Shown: positions 35,887 to 50,767 of the stretch, in pieces | How positions within the stretch are numbered: position 1 is the stretch's first letter | How the letters are laid out: the number at the start of each line of letters is the position of its first letter | NCBI RefSeq assembly: GCF_000143415.4 | Contig: NW_003314298.1 | Location: 1,333,250 to 1,397,249, forward strand | Length of the DNA: 64,000 bases | DNA from: Selaginella moellendorffii | Lineage: Eukaryota; Plantae; Lycopodiophyta | Direction: 5' to 3' | Translations under genes and position numbers: made by a program | Notes under the pieces: model-generated | Database searches by the model: none | The model's input: the letters and a program-made list of their open reading frames with translations, nothing else | Told to the model about the DNA's origin: nothing

Positions 35887-38797
35887 TATGAGGTCCAAAT
35901 GTACAACTGCAATGCCATATACTAATATTAGTATAGTGGGATTTTGGTAGCTGTCGGATTAATTTCAATTCGACCCACTTGCTCTTGTATATAAATTAGG
36001 GTTTTTGAGCTAATTGATATGCATATTTTTTGTATTCCCTTTTTATATTCCTTGCACTCACATTGTTGGAGGTGAGAGGCACCTTTGATTGTCCCTGAGG
36101 AGTGCTTAGATTTAAGATATTAGTTTATATCTAGTTTTTGCATTGTCTAAATCTAATTTTTTCCATTTCCTTTCTTTAGTTTTTTCCTTTTGAGATTTTG
36201 GTTTAGATCGAGCTTTTTCATTGTCTAAATCTCCTTTTCCTTTTAGTTTTTTTTTCATTTCATTTCTTTTACTTTTTCCTTTTCATTCATCTTTATGGTA
36301 GAGCAGCAATCTCCTCTTCCTTTCACTCTAGAGTAGTAGTTGTTACAATTGTTCGATGCTATGTGATTGTAATTGAACAACTAAACTTAGTTAATGGTAG
36401 CATTCATGGCATATGGTACAACTCTTCCTACTCTTGGTGCCAATCCATGTGTTTGGCCGGAGTTATTTTGTGGGAATCTTAGGGATGATGTATATCATTG
36501 GTTCGATCACTTTATGGTGATTGCCACATATCATTCTTGGGATGATGCTCAATGTTTACATAAGTTTTTTATGTGTCTCCAAATGATGGCACTACAGTGG
36601 TATAATGGTTTGAGTGCAGCCACTCATGAGGATTGGAGTATTCTCTTGAACGTCTTCAAACCCATTTGAACATATTGATAATTATGATGATGCCTTCTAA
36701 CAATTGCATCGTCTTCGTTAAGGACCATCTAAATCGTGATGCAATTTGGTGTTAGTTTTCAAACCCTCTTGCTTCATCTAGAGTCAAATATGTCTAAGCG
36801 GATCAAACTGAGAATGTCATGGCCAACACTTTGTCAATATCTTGTAGGATTTGTACAAGCACTTGCTCCAACCACCCTTAACAATGTCCTTCACTTAGCA
36901 TCTCCACTTTCTATGAAAGATGGTTTTGTTCCAATAGAGGTTGATGCTGTTGCTACTCGCATTCAAGGATAAGGGTGAGGACGTGGTCGTGGCCGTAATA
37001 TTCACTACTAGGCATATGATGAAGTTGGTCACACTTATCAGCGTTGTAGGCATTTTCCGGATTGTCAACCTCTATTTCCTGGGTGGAGACTTTGGTGTCA
37101 ACAATGTCTTATTGGTGCTGTTATAGTGGAAGGTCTAGCCACTAAGATATGGGAAATGAGGAGTCGTGTGAGTAATGGAGAGACTTTACACAAATAAGTC
37201 AGTAACCCTTCCATCTTTCTTTCGCGAGTATCATTAAGAAGTTCACTCGACACAAGTTCATGTAGTGTTTACTTTCCAAGCTTGTTTTTGTAACAAGAGG
37301 TCTTCTATTATTCTCTCTGTGTTAGTTGATACAGGTTTGAGTTTATCTTCTATTGCTCAATCTATTGCTACGCTTAATTTGTTACCACATGTTGCCATCT
37401 ACATTTATGTCGTGCGGTAGAGCCAATTTTCATTCTTTATGACAATAATAGTACACATGCATGTGCACGGGATGAAATGAACCTAGTTGTGCATGTAGGC
37501 AATCTCAAGCTTGGGTTGCAGTCATTGTAGGTGGTGCTAAGTCAAGCTGAAGCGGTTGAAGTGTGTGTTTGGATCCAAGGACACGACTTATCTTGGGTAC
37601 CATATTTCTTGTGAGGGTTTGCAAGTTGATTCTGACAAACTTGTGGCTGTTTTAAAGTTCCATACTCCAAAGTGTATGAATAATATGCAACACTTCTTGG
37701 GCAAGGTGCAATATCTCAGTCGTTTTGTAGATTATCTTTCTGATTGCATTACATTGTTGTGAACATTGCTAAAGTCATCAACATCATTTTTCATTTGGCC
37801 TCCAGATTGTAAACGGGCGTTCATGGATGTCAAAGAGCTATTGATAACTCCTCTAGTTTTGGCATATCTTGACTACACTCAACCTTTCATTTTGCATGTG
37901 GAGGTGTGTTGATGCAAGAGAGCCCGGGTATGCCTGGTCAGCACCATCCCATTGTGTATATAAGCCATACATTACAACTAGCAGAGGTGAACTACTCCAT
38001 GATAGAGAAGAAGTGTTTAGTAGCAGTTTGGTGTTTCGAGAAACTTCATGCATATCTATATGGTTCTCGGACGTTACTAAAAGGTGATTATGTTGCTGTT
38101 ACTTCATTATTGAAATAAAAGAACTTAGTTGGTTGTACTTCTTGGTGGGCTTTGAAGCTTCAGATATATAATTTTGATTTTGTTCATTGCCCATGGAGTT
38201 TTATGGATGATGCTAATGTCTTTTCTCAAGCTCCTCTTCCTTCTTCATTCTCTTCTCATGTTTTTACGAGCCTGTTGTTCCAGCATCTAGATTTTCTAGA
38301 CAAGAATTCTATGTTGTCAGCAGTTGTTGTACTTGACGTTTAATGTCCACAAAGTGCAGAGCAAGATCTACATTCTCTTAGCAAGGTTCCCAAGGCTAAA
38401 AAAATTGAGCCATGGATTTGAAGGCTTTAAGATGGGTTTAAGAATCCTACATCACTTGCTAATGACATGCCATTCCGGCATTTACATTCTCAATATCGCC
38501 TTAAAGACAGCCTTTTTTATTTTGTGGAGATGGATCCTGATGATCATTTACAGCTGGTAGTGCCTTCAATCTTTATTCCACAATTTCTTCATGATTATCA
38601 TGATTCTCCTGTTCTAAGTGGGTATATGGGACATCATTATATGACTGAAAAGTTGCACAGGTGTTTCTATTGGCCAGAGATGTGACATAATATTATACAG
38701 AGCAGATTTTTTCAGATAATTGTAGCGCATGTGGTTTTTACCCTTTATCCTATGGTGATTTACCATAGGATACCAACCTAAACCCTCTTTATGCCAT
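35887..38797 (+). mobile_element. Decayed gypsy 5' part, duplicate of 10875-13267 (retains ~0.5 kb of gag lost in copy 1)
   Basis: LTR 35887-36062; gag fragment 36394-36669 matches the 62 kb gag. Confidence 0.9.
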
Positions 38798-39210
38798 GTG
38801 ACAGATGCCACGTGTCCAAAGGAACGTGGTGTGGAACCCGAGGTTCAGGGCCTTGGGCCACTGAACAAAGGAACGATGCCAAACTCCCAACCATGGAGCC
38901 AAGGAGTGACGGAACCAAACCACGGAGCAACTCCCGAGCATACAGCTTAAGGAGCAAAGGGACAGGAGCCCGGAGCGACTTGGAACAGTCCTGGAGCAAC
39001 GAGCATCCTAATGCCAGGACTAACACGCAAAACGGAGCAAAACGGAGTTTGGCGCTATTTTGGCATACCGGTGGCCTAACGTGAGGACATGGGTACTCCA
39101 CCAGCTAGCATGGAATGGAACTTGGGTTTAGACCCAAGCCGGACGTAGAACAAGGACAGGCACGCAAGTGGGAGCTAGACTATGCCTCAGGTTGGTCGGC
39201 CATGCCCGAC

Positions 39211-41651
39211 CATAGTTGCAGCTAGACATGCAAACGTTCAAACGCGTCCACGTTTAAATGCTGTTTAAAACGTTTTTTTCAGGACAATCAAACGTTTACA
39301 TGTTAAAGCCTAAAATGATTAAGACAACACTAATATTTACTAAATACATTTTAATCTGATATTAAGTTTATAAAACCCAACCGATAAAACAAATGAAAGA
39401 AGAAGCCGTTTTAGTCGTCTTCCAATTCTGAATCATCTTCCATTCCTTCATCGATGCTAAACTCGTCAGTAGCCTGATTTGGTTCCTCAAAAGCTTCTTG
39501 CAAATCCAAAATCCTCTTCCAATGAGGCTCCAACTCCAGCTTGTCTATATCAATCTCCAGCATCCTCAAACCTTCACTCTCCAGCTTCTGAACAACCCAC
39601 AAGTTTGTATGAATGTAAACCAGCTTCTCAGCACTTTTGGGAAGCAAGCGGGACCTGCGCTTTGTTTGTATCAAGCTCCATGAGCTCCAATTCCTCTCGC
39701 ATGGAGAAGTGCAAACAACTTGGCTTAAAATCCGGAGAGCCATGCGACGTAGATCAGGCATCTCTAAACCAAAAGAACTCCACCAGGTTACTGGAAACTT
39801 TCTGGTCTCCCAATCCTTGGCAACAGGTAACCTCATTTGCCGTCCAAGCTGTTGCCGAAACCTCTCAAACTATGCCTGCAATCTCAGCTGCAAGTCCAGA
39901 TCACCTCTGCCATAAACATGCATGTACTCCAACCAGTTCCCACGTGCCTCATTGTCCAGCTTGTCGTTCTCTGGGTTATACCCCAGAAACAGAGGATGAA
40001 GAGCAAAAGCAGCTCCATGAATGACATTGTGCATTTGATACCACCTTGCCTCCTTCAGACCGTGTGATTCAAGTAGGAAATCCTTGATTTGTCCCACTTC
40101 CTCATGTGCATAAATTCCGTTTCGAGCTCCCTTGTCCATCTTCTCAATCAGCCAATCAACAGTTTCAAAGATGAGGCCTAAAGTCGCCCCCTCCCGATCA
40201 GCGAGTTGAAGAACTCGAAGTAAAGGTTCGAGCAAAATTAACAAATTCTCACACCGCTCCCAGAACGAGTCATTGAGAACACGAGATCGCAGCTCCAGGC
40301 CCTCCAGCTTCTTAGACCAGTCAAGTCGCTCCCATTCTTGGCTCACCACCATTCTTTAAAGCCCGGAGAGATTCGTGGTCTCCAGAAGCTGAGACATCAC
40401 GAGAAAAATATAAGCAAACCTCGTGGTCACAGGCTTTATCAGGTCCTGTTTGTAGAAAGTTCTATAAAGAGCTAGAACCCGTGGCTTTGAGGTGATGAAG
40501 GTAACTATCTTCGCACAGCCATCGACGAAAGGCTGCACCCAAGACAGAGCTCCAATATCTTCGAACAGCAAGTCCATAACATGGCAAACGCAGCGAACGT
40601 GTACAATCTATGGAAACTCCTGCTGCAAAAGCTCCCCCATGACCACGCAGTTGCTTGCATTGTCTGTCACCACCTGCACAACGTTTTCTGCACCAACCTC
40701 GGCAATCACTTGTTTCAGCTGCTCAAACAACCATGCTCCGGTTTTCTTCGCATTCTTGCTGTCCACAGCCTTCAGGAAAATTGAGCCTCTCACAGAACTG
40801 ACCATGAAGTTGAGAAGAGACCTCTTCTTGATATCAGACCAGCCATCCGTGACAATGGTACAACCATATGTCCTCCAACTTAGCCGCACATCTTCAAGCC
40901 GCTTCTGAACGTTGTTGTATATTCGTTGTAGCTCAGTTGTCCGCAACTTCTCATATCCCATGAGGTTGTCAATCGCTGGATGCCCCACTTTTGCGGCAAC
41001 TTTCAGCATTCTCTTCAAGTTGTCTCTTCGGATTGTGTTGAAGGAGATGTTCTTGGCAAAGAAGAACTCTGCAACAGCATCATCCAGTGCCTCAGCCGAA
41101 GCAGTATAAAAAAATGTCACCAAATTTCCATCCGAGGATCTACGTTTCGCTGCTCTGCTTGTCCCAGCACTGGACCAATTCTCCGTGCTTGCCACCATAG
41201 ATTCTGCTGGCCCCCCTGAACCCTGTGCGGCTTGCTGCAGTAGATGCCCATCATCAGCATCTGCTGGGTCTGCTAGCTCGAAATCGGAAAAACTGTTGCG
41301 AGCTTTTTTAAGAACTTCATAAGGGATCTCCCTCATTGCCTTGCACGTTTTCACACCTCTTGCCCGAACTCCAGCGAGATGTGCTCGCACTCGCTCCGCT
41401 CCCCTAGTGTGAATCTCATGACAATACTTACATGTCCAGTGCCACTCAGCTCGTATCACATGCTTCCAGCTCCAGCATTCGCAGCGTCCTCCAATTCCTG
41501 ACATGACCCTGAAGTAACCCTAAAGAAACCCTAAAGAAACTCTTGTCTCTTTTTGCAAATAGTGCAAATGCGTTGGGAGTTTAAAACGGCGTTTTTTAAC
41601 GCGTTTAAAACGTTACGTTTTTTTAGTTTCATACGTTTTCCGGCAACTATG
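39211..41651 (-). mobile_element. hAT transposon, duplicate copy
   Basis: Same TIRs; perfect TSD TGCCCGAC (39203-39210, 41652-41659); transposase 41504-39411 broken by in-frame stops. Confidence 0.93.
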
Positions 41652-41775
41652 TGCCCGACCTACCCACTATCCCTACTATACATTTGGAACCCCCCACAGC
41701 CCCCCCCCCCCCCCCCCTTGAAGAAACACATCTTTGGGCTTTCACCCCAAAATTCCCTTAATAACTAAAATTACT

Positions 41776-42420
41776 NNNNNNNNNNNNNNNNNNNNNNNNN
41801 NNNNNNNNNNNNNNNNNNNNNNNNNNNNNNNNNNNNNNNNNNNNNNNNNNNNNNNNNNNNNNNNNNNNNNNNNNNNNNNNNNNNNNNNNNNNNNNNNNNN
41901 NNNNNNNNNNNNNNNNNNNNNNNNNNNNNNNNNNNNNNNNNNNNNNNNNNNNNNNNNNNNNNNNNNNNNNNNNNNNNNNNNNNNNNNNNNNNNNNNNNNN
42001 NNNNNNNNNNNNNNNNNNNNNNNNNNNNNNNNNNNNNNNNNNNNNNNNNNNNNNNNNNNNNNNNNNNNNNNNNNNNNNNNNNNNNNNNNNNNNNNNNNNN
42101 NNNNNNNNNNNNNNNNNNNNNNNNNNNNNNNNNNNNNNNNNNNNNNNNNNNNNNNNNNNNNNNNNNNNNNNNNNNNNNNNNNNNNNNNNNNNNNNNNNNN
42201 NNNNNNNNNNNNNNNNNNNNNNNNNNNNNNNNNNNNNNNNNNNNNNNNNNNNNNNNNNNNNNNNNNNNNNNNNNNNNNNNNNNNNNNNNNNNNNNNNNNN
42301 NNNNNNNNNNNNNNNNNNNNNNNNNNNNNNNNNNNNNNNNNNNNNNNNNNNNNNNNNNNNNNNNNNNNNNNNNNNNNNNNNNNNNNNNNNNNNNNNNNNN
42401 NNNNNNNNNNNNNNNNNNNN
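41776..42420. other. Assembly gap (N)
   Basis: Run of N. Confidence 1.
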
Positions 42421-43184
42421 TTGTTCTTAAGAAGTTTGCCCATAAGGTGTTGGAAAAAGGGTTATAGTATTCATTTGCTATGACTTATCCGTTAGTATTT
42501 GGAGTAGATTGTTGGATGGAGAAGGTGTGTAGTTAGGGCATTGACATCACTAACACTTGTGTTAATGGAAGTGGCATTGTTATTTCAAGTGATGAGGAAT
42601 TTCCTTGGATCTTGATTTTCCATGTCATTTTTCTTGTTAGTGTTTTGGCTTCACATTGGATCTTGAAAGTGATTGAACAAAAGTGTGAGTGCAATGTGGA
42701 TATCCGAAGATGTGGTCTTCGTGATCAAGCCTTGGATGTTCATTTTGCACTTTGCAGATGTCGGTGTTAGATATCGGTTAGACAGGCAAAGATGTTCAAT
42801 GCTTAAGCATATTATGGGTCATGAGAATTTGTGTTGAGGTGAACCTATGTGAAGTTGTTAGTAGGAAGAAGTTAGTTGAGTCTTGAAAGTTTGCAATCCT
42901 GGACTAAGAGTCATTCTTTCTCTAGGATGGAAATTTTTCCATAAATTTTCTTAGGCTTTTCCAATGGCTGATCTGTCGGTCACTTTGCTCGAAAACCATT
43001 CCATTTTCATAAGCCAGTACAAACTAGTGAAAGGGTTAGAGTTGACTTTGGTTGGCTTAGACCTTAGTAAATAGTTTGTATGATGCAGCCCGGAAGTTAC
43101 CTGTTGGCCTGTCCTTTCGGATATTCTTTCTTTACTACCACGACGGCAAAAGGTCGGTATTGCTGGGCTCGTTATCAGTCTCTA

Positions 43185-43337
43185 CCTTATCTCTCTCCCC
43201 TTAAGCCAACTGGAAAAGGGGCAATTGCTTAATGAGAGAGCCCTTAGTGGCTATTTTATCCCCATTTATCCCCCAAGGTTCCAAGGATCCACGGTGATAG
43301 TATATCCAAATCTCATCCCATGATCACGTGCGTTACA
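43185..43337 (-). mobile_element. TRIM solo LTR (left-truncated)
   Basis: Single LTR with the same flanks as 17659-18333. Confidence 0.8.
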
Positions 43338-43672
43338 ATAATGGTCATACATTTATGGCTGAGACATCCAAAGGAATGATCGCAAAGTATGTGAACTCTC
43401 AGTATTCAAATTAGGATGGTTATTTGCCATCTTTTCGGTATGTATATGTTACAGGGGTGCAGAGTTATGTTGGTGTTTCACCATATAAACTCTTATATAG
43501 TCATGATCCAATATTACTAACAGAGTTGGGTTTACTTTCGCGATTGTTATGAGCTGTCGATGCTAGGTTGTGGGATCAATATTTAACAAGCATTTTTCCA
43601 CTTGTCCAAGTAGAATTTGTCAAACATTTAAGTTGCATACAAATGAGACAACAACAGTGCTACAACTCCCAT

Positions 43673-43772
43673 NNNNNNNNNNNNNNNNNNNNNNNNNNNN
43701 NNNNNNNNNNNNNNNNNNNNNNNNNNNNNNNNNNNNNNNNNNNNNNNNNNNNNNNNNNNNNNNNNNNNNNNN
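43673..43772. other. Assembly gap (100 N)
   Basis: Run of N. Confidence 1.
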
Positions 43773-46279
43773 TACGGCTACAATGTGGTATATTAATATT
43801 AGTGTAGTGGGATTCTGGTATATATATTACCTTGGCTAGGTAATACACTAATTATAATATTATAGCATATGGACCATCCATTTGGGATTGAATCTAGTCC
43901 ATCCATTCTTGTATAGAAGTAAAGGTTTAAACCCTAATTAATATACCTATTCATTGGAAGAACTGAAAGACATTGCAATTTGTCATTAAAAGATATAGTT
44001 TTTTGGCAATGCTTTACTCTAGTATTTTTATTTTTATTTCTTCATTTTATTTTAGATCTAAATCTGTATTAATTTTTTGCAAGATCTAGAATTTTAACTA
44101 TTGTTGTGTTTAGATTTACTCTTTCTTTTAATCTTTATTGCATTATCTTCTTCTACTATGCCACACTATCATCAATTAAAGAGTGTGTCATTTGAAGCTA
44201 TTAATGTTGTTTTTTTAGATCGAACTTTTGGTGTTATAGAGTATTATTTTATTAGTGCTACACCCATGTAGTCTCCAACTTCCATAGGATAAGATTACAC
44301 AACTTATTTTGTTTTCGTTATTCTACCATTTTTCATTGATATGGAGCAAGCTATGGATGATGCAGTTTGGTTGTTGAAAAATGTTTGAGGATCAAGTTTA
44401 CAGAAAGATAATACTTACGAGCTTAAATAAATTTCAGATTGTGATGAAAAATTTGATTATTATAGAGATAGCTTTAGAGATGAGTTAAAGATTTTATGGC
44501 GTAAGCGTTAATCCTTCAATTTGCCATTTAATATTTTCTCTTTACCTTTTATTCTGTCCCAACCTTTTCTTATTTATTAGCTTGAGCCACCTTCTCATAT
44601 TCCTAGTGTTTCTTCCTTATCTGCAATATTTTGTTTTCCTAACACGTCGATTATTTATGACTTTTATGATTTTCATTCTCAATTAGTGTTGAATTGAGTG
44701 TTTTTTGTCCTCCTAATATTGATCTAGATATTGAGTATTCCCATGTTTCAATGGTTGAGTCACTTTTGGCTAGAATTTCAAATTACATCCCCACTTTTTA
44801 ATGTTGTTGACAGAATTATCGATGAGTAGGTATAGTTCTTTTGCTTTGGTTTAAAATTATGGCTTTGAGGTTTATTTAAGCATTTGGTAGTTGTATATAA
44901 AGTTGCAATTAGTTCGTTAGGATTTTGCAGTCAATTGATGCTTATGCTATATTTTTAGGTTTTATTTCAGTCGTAGTTCAGAATGAGCAAAAGTTCACTT
45001 GATCCATATGCAATAAAGATTAAATGGATGCCACTATATGGATTTATGATGATTTAGGTCTAGTCATGAATAATTGATTGACCTTTATTTGTCTTAGCCA
45101 CTTTTAACAAGAATTCAAAGAAATCTTTGCTAATTTATATGATTATTAATAAAATATTACTGGCAGATAATCATCTAGTTAAAGTCAAATAATTTATCAA
45201 AATAATGGCTCATAAAATTTTGTAATTATTTAAACATAAAAATCTCATAAATTAAGAGTCATTGCATTGGAAAACAATAACAGCCCTTCAAATTATATTA
45301 AATTTAGATCATCTAAATTGTAACACAAAACCACTAAAAATAATATACACAAAAATAATATCATTATCCTGAACTGCTGTCTAGGTATATTATAATCCGG
45401 CCGAATAGAATATTTGCAGTCCGTGGAGTATATAAATCCAAGACGGCGCTAGGGCATTTCTTTGGGGGCCTCTGGCGGTTGAGCTCGGGAGGATTGCTTG
45501 CCTGTGTGCCCGCTTCTTCCTTCTAACTATTTCTCTCGCTTGTGGCGTAGATGGAGCTGGATCTGGATGGCGCCCATGGTGAGTGATCGCATCTCTCCTT
45601 TGCTTGCTTGATTGTTTTGCTGTGGAGCTTGGTTTTTCTTGCTTGGGTGCTTTCTTTCTCCTCTTTGCCGCAAGAAGGCGAAGAGCTCGACTAGATTTCC
45701 CACGCCTCCAGCAGCCCACCGGACAAAGTCCGGCCCGACCTGGGGACATCCTGGCTCGGGCGTTTTCCTTTGGAGGCGGCGCCTCCAAATGGGACTCGTG
45801 GGTAATTTGCAAGAGGGGGCTGCCGCGCTGGTGGAGGTACTCGGCGAGCGCCTCTACTAGGCTACTGTGGCGGCCTCCACAAATTCCTTAATTCTAAAGA
45901 AGCACACACCACCTTTCGCGAGGTGGTCACTTTTCTTAATTTCTACGAGTCTGAATTTGAAGAAAACGCTCTGCTACTTGACTTTTCGTTTTCTTCAAAG
46001 AGAGCAAAAATATACGAAGAAAGGTAGTAAATTCCAAGCAACTCCATAACTCCAAGATGGAATTACAGTGTAAAGGAGAATGAAATCCATGCAAGGTTGT
46101 AGGCTTTCAAACCTGGTGCTGCGAAGCTTCAGACACAAGCGGCGGCCTCGGCACCAACAAGTCCTCCCATCGCAGGTGAGCTCTCGATCTCTATTTCTCT
46201 CGCTCGATCGAGAATGCATGCCCTTGCATGCGCGATTTCTTCTCACGCCATGTCTTGCAGCTCGCCTTGTCTGGTTCCA

Positions 46280-47369
46280 ATGGCTGTCATCGCCAACGTT
46301 TGCGGGACTCCCATGAGGAGCGCTCTCATTCCCAGCCATGAGATCCATCTTGCCAAGCCAATCAAGGTCTCTATTTCGGTGAGGAGCGGCAAGGTACCAG
46401 CGATTGCGATGACTGCCGCAGCTGAGTATCGATCGCTTTGTTTTCTTTTCTTCTTTCATGAAAGCTTGGATTCTTTTTTCTCTCTTTGCATGCACAGGGA
46501 GCGTCGCGAAGCAAGACAGCAGCAAGACTTCGCAGATCATGCACTGGCTCTCTACCGAGAAGATCGAGATGTTTAAGTCGCTCGAGACCTGGGCGGAGGA
46601 ATCCATCCTCCCATTCCTCCGGCCGGTGGAGAAATGCTGGCAGCCCCAGGACTATCTCCCGGAGCCATCCTCGGAGAGCTTCTATGACGAGGTCCTTGAG
46701 CTGAGGGAGCGAGCCGAGAGCTTGCGCTTCTGCCTCGTCGGGGACATGACCACCGAGGAAGCGCTGCCAACTTACTTGACGATGCTCAACACTCTCGATG
46801 GCACCCGCGACGAGACCGGTGCGAGCCCGAGTCCGTGGGCAGTGGTGCCTGGACTGCCGAGGAGAATCGCCATGGTGATGTGCTCAACAAGTATCTCTAC
46901 CGCACTGGACGAGTCGACATGAAGCAAATCGAGAAGACGATCCAGTACTTGATCGGTTCTGGAATGGTAAAGAGCCAGAGTTTCTTCTTTCTCGGGAACT
47001 CAAAAGTTCGGGTTTTCCATCTTTGCAGGATCCCCAGACCGAGAACAATCCATATCTCGGGTTCATCTACATGTCCTTCCAGGAGCGAGCCACTGCCACA
47101 CGGCAACACTGCTCACCACGCCAAGGAGCACGGAGACCACCCTCGCGACTGTTTGCGGCCTCATCGCAGCCGACGAGAAGCGGCACGAGAATGCTTACAC
47201 CAGGATCGTGTTTGAGCACTTCTCTTTAGTGGCACAGAGGACGGGAGTGTAAACTGCCAACGATTACGCAGGAACTCTGGAGCACTTGGTCAAGAGATGG
47301 AACGTCAAGTCCATCACTGGACTGTCTGCTTGCGCGCAAAAGGCCCAGGATTTCGTGTGTGGTCTCTAG
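46280..47369 (+). pseudogene. SAD: SAD pseudogene, duplicate of 21299-22397
   Basis: Same exon structure and shared deletions, plus private indels. Confidence 0.93.
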
Positions 47370-50300
47370 GCGTAAAAGGTAAAGGTGTACATTACGAGTT
47401 AATGTTCCAATAATTTGCTTTGTTTTATTTTGTTTAGACACCATCTAAAATAAAAGAGTTTATAATAAGCATGTGCATTGTTTTATACATTTTTTTTCTT
47501 TTGATTGTTTAGGAATTAACCAGTGGATATACATAGAATATATTTGAATATTTGAATATATTTTATTATTCAGCACCATATACTAATATTGGGATTTTGA
47601 TATCTATTCAAATTGGTGAGTATCAAAATCCCAATATTAGTATATGGCATAACTAGACCTCAAGTAATGACCACTTGCTCTTGTATATAAATTACAATTT
47701 TTGGATTAACATTTATGTATTCCAATTTTGTATTTCATGCACCCACCACAGTTAATACTCATTTAAAATTTCTGAATAAAATACATTCTAACTTATTCTA
47801 CCATCTAATGATTTATGATATTTATATAATTTATAAAATTTGTGAGTAAGTTAGTCACTTTTCTTATTATGGTTTCTCCAGCATTAGTCTTTCAGATGGA
47901 GAGGTGATGTCCCAATGTAATCTCTTGTACTGATATCATTGTTCATATGAACAAAGTGAGAAATAATCTATAATTGATAGGAAACAAGAGGTTAAGAAAA
48001 TGGAAGAATACCACAGATAAATGAATTAAGTATACCTTGAAACTCTTTGACTTTTAGATTCAATAGCAAAGTTTGGTGGTAGCACCATCATTTAGTCAGG
48101 TCAATCATCAAGGAAACACATTGGTGTGATGAAAATTGTGTCATATTTTTTCTTTTGGCCATAATTTTTGAGTTTAGATCCATGATAATATAGATCACTA
48201 ACATGATAATCCGACTGGCTCCAGAATCCAAACCAAGGTTATAAATTGTCCTTGTTTTTTTTAGCAAGATTTAATATAATTGAGATGGCAAAGGAAAAGA
48301 GTTTATTGATAACTAATTAATGTCAAGGATAATGCCCTATGAGTGCTTTGTGAAGGATTTCACAACAAACATGTATTGTCTCTACTTGTTAGCAACTGTT
48401 TATAATTGTATTATATTTTAACTTGACTATGAACTCTTATTAAATTAAAGGGAATTAACATTTTCATTTCCACAATGTTTCTATTGTATATATTAATTAT
48501 TTCATATGAGGCAACTAATTATTCATCTATATGGCAGTCTTATAGTAGATAATAGCTCAAAAAAGTCTTAGATCTACATAAAGGATATTCAAAATATCAA
48601 AATATTCTCACAGACTCACAAAGTTGGAACAATAATTATATAATTATGATATCTTTTATCAATGGATGCTTTAAAAGACAAAAAACATATTTATAAATAC
48701 TTAATACTTGTGTCATTTGCCCTAATACCATGATCTCTCTCCCTTTTACCCAATTAAAAAATGGGAAATTATTTTATAAGAAAACCTTTAATGGACACTT
48801 TATCTCTATTTTCCCTCTAAAATTTTAACAATCCATAGTGACAGTATATGTAAATATCAAACATATCATACCATATAGCACCTATATATCATTCCACTCA
48901 CAAAACTTCTTCATCTCTCTTATTTTTCAAAATCACTATTGTTTATTGTCATGCCCACTACAAACTCAATATAAGTTATATTTTGAAATATTTCTCATGA
49001 CTTAGATCCTTTGTCTTGATCGTCTAATGCAATATAGAAAAAATAAAAAATAAAATGTATATACAAGGAATTATAAGAAAAAACAGTTGATATGGATTTC
49101 ATTATAAGTAATTTCCATGTATAATAATTCTATACATGTTTATAATGTCAAAATTAGTATCTTATATTTAATAATCTTTATTTGGAGGGGCTAATGTTTT
49201 AAAGATAGCTTTTTTATCTATTGTGATAATATGCTGAAAACATGAAAGTTCTACTTCACTTTATTTTTCTTTGAAAATGAAAAACTAGAATTGAAAAAAA
49301 GAGCCAATATTGAAAAAAAAAATCCCACATGAAATTTATACTTTATTTATTTTAATCTAGAAAAATAGGTAAATAACACTTGTTTAAAGAAGTTTTTTTC
49401 AGTGTTGAAATTAAAGTGACCTTTAGCAAGAATTCAAAGAACTCTTTGCTGATTTATATGATTTTTAATAAAATGTTACTGGCAGATAATCATCAAGCTA
49501 AAGTCAAATAATTTATCAAAATAATGGCTCATAATTTTTTTTAATTATTTAAACAATAAAATCAGAGTCATTGCATATAATAGCTCTCCAAATTATATTA
49601 AATTTAGATCATCTAAATTGTAACATAAAACCACTAAAAAGACTAAAATAAACAAATTTTTAACTTCTGTCTAGGTATAATCCGGCCGAATAGAATATTC
49701 GCAGTCCGTGGAGTATATAAATGCAAGACCTGCGGCGTTAGGGCTTTTCTTTGGGGGCCTCTGGCGGTTGAGCTCGGGAGGATTGCTTGCCTGTGTGCCC
49801 GCTTCTTCCTTCTAACGATTTCTCTCGCTTGTGGCGTAGATGGAGCTGGATCTGGATGGCGCCCATGGTGAGTGATCGCATCTCTCCTTTGCTTGCTTGA
49901 TTGTTTTGCTGTGGAGCTTGGTTTTTCTTGCTTGGGTGCTTTCTTTCTCCTCTTTGCCGCAAGAAGGCGAAGAGCTCGACTAGATTTCCCACGCCTCCAG
50001 CAGCCCACCGGACAAAGTCCGGCCCGACCTGGGGACATCCTGGCTCGGGCGTTTTCCTTTGGAGGCGGCGCCTCCAAATGGGACTCGTGGGTAATTTGCA
50101 AGAGGGGGCTGCCGCGCTGGTGGAGGTACTCGGCGAGCGCCTCTACCAGGCTACCGTGGCGGCCTCCACAAATTCCTTAAATCTAAAGAAGCCTGCTCTT
50201 TTGTTGTTCTTACAAGGTCTCTCTTCTCCAAGTCCAAGAAAATGGATCTCTACTCCACGATGAAGTGCTGGGGATTCAAGCCAAATGCCTTGAAGGCTTG

Positions 50301-50767
50301 TGCCGCTCTGGCAGCTCTCTCTCGAGGATGGATTGCTTGGATCGGGCCAACGGCAGTGTATTGGACCAAACCTCTTCGTCTCGTAGAAATGTCCCAAGTG
50401 TGAGAACTCCGAGGTTGTGTTTGATACTGGTCCATAGTGACGTGGAATTCTTTGATAGTGGTGATGGGGAGCGGCTCTCGAGGCTTTGTGAGAACTTTCA
50501 CCGCCGCTTGCACGCGAGAAGATGAAACTGAAATCGAGGGGGTCTCAGCATGAAAACTTAATAATTTATTAAATAATTAGGTTTAATAATACTAATTGAA
50601 AACCTCGTATATTAAAGAATAATGTTTTTCTCAAACCCTAGCTATGCGCTGGTGCTGGATCTAGACGACACGCTGGAATGCAGAAAGAACTCAACTATGC
50701 CTAGTAGCGTTCCTCAGCAAGATGGCGCAGGTATACAAGCTCATAATCTTCAGTGTGTCAGACTCGT

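Noticed and set aside
41734-42483. Long ORFs spanning N runs (also 43568-43848)
   Set aside because: Gap artefacts.
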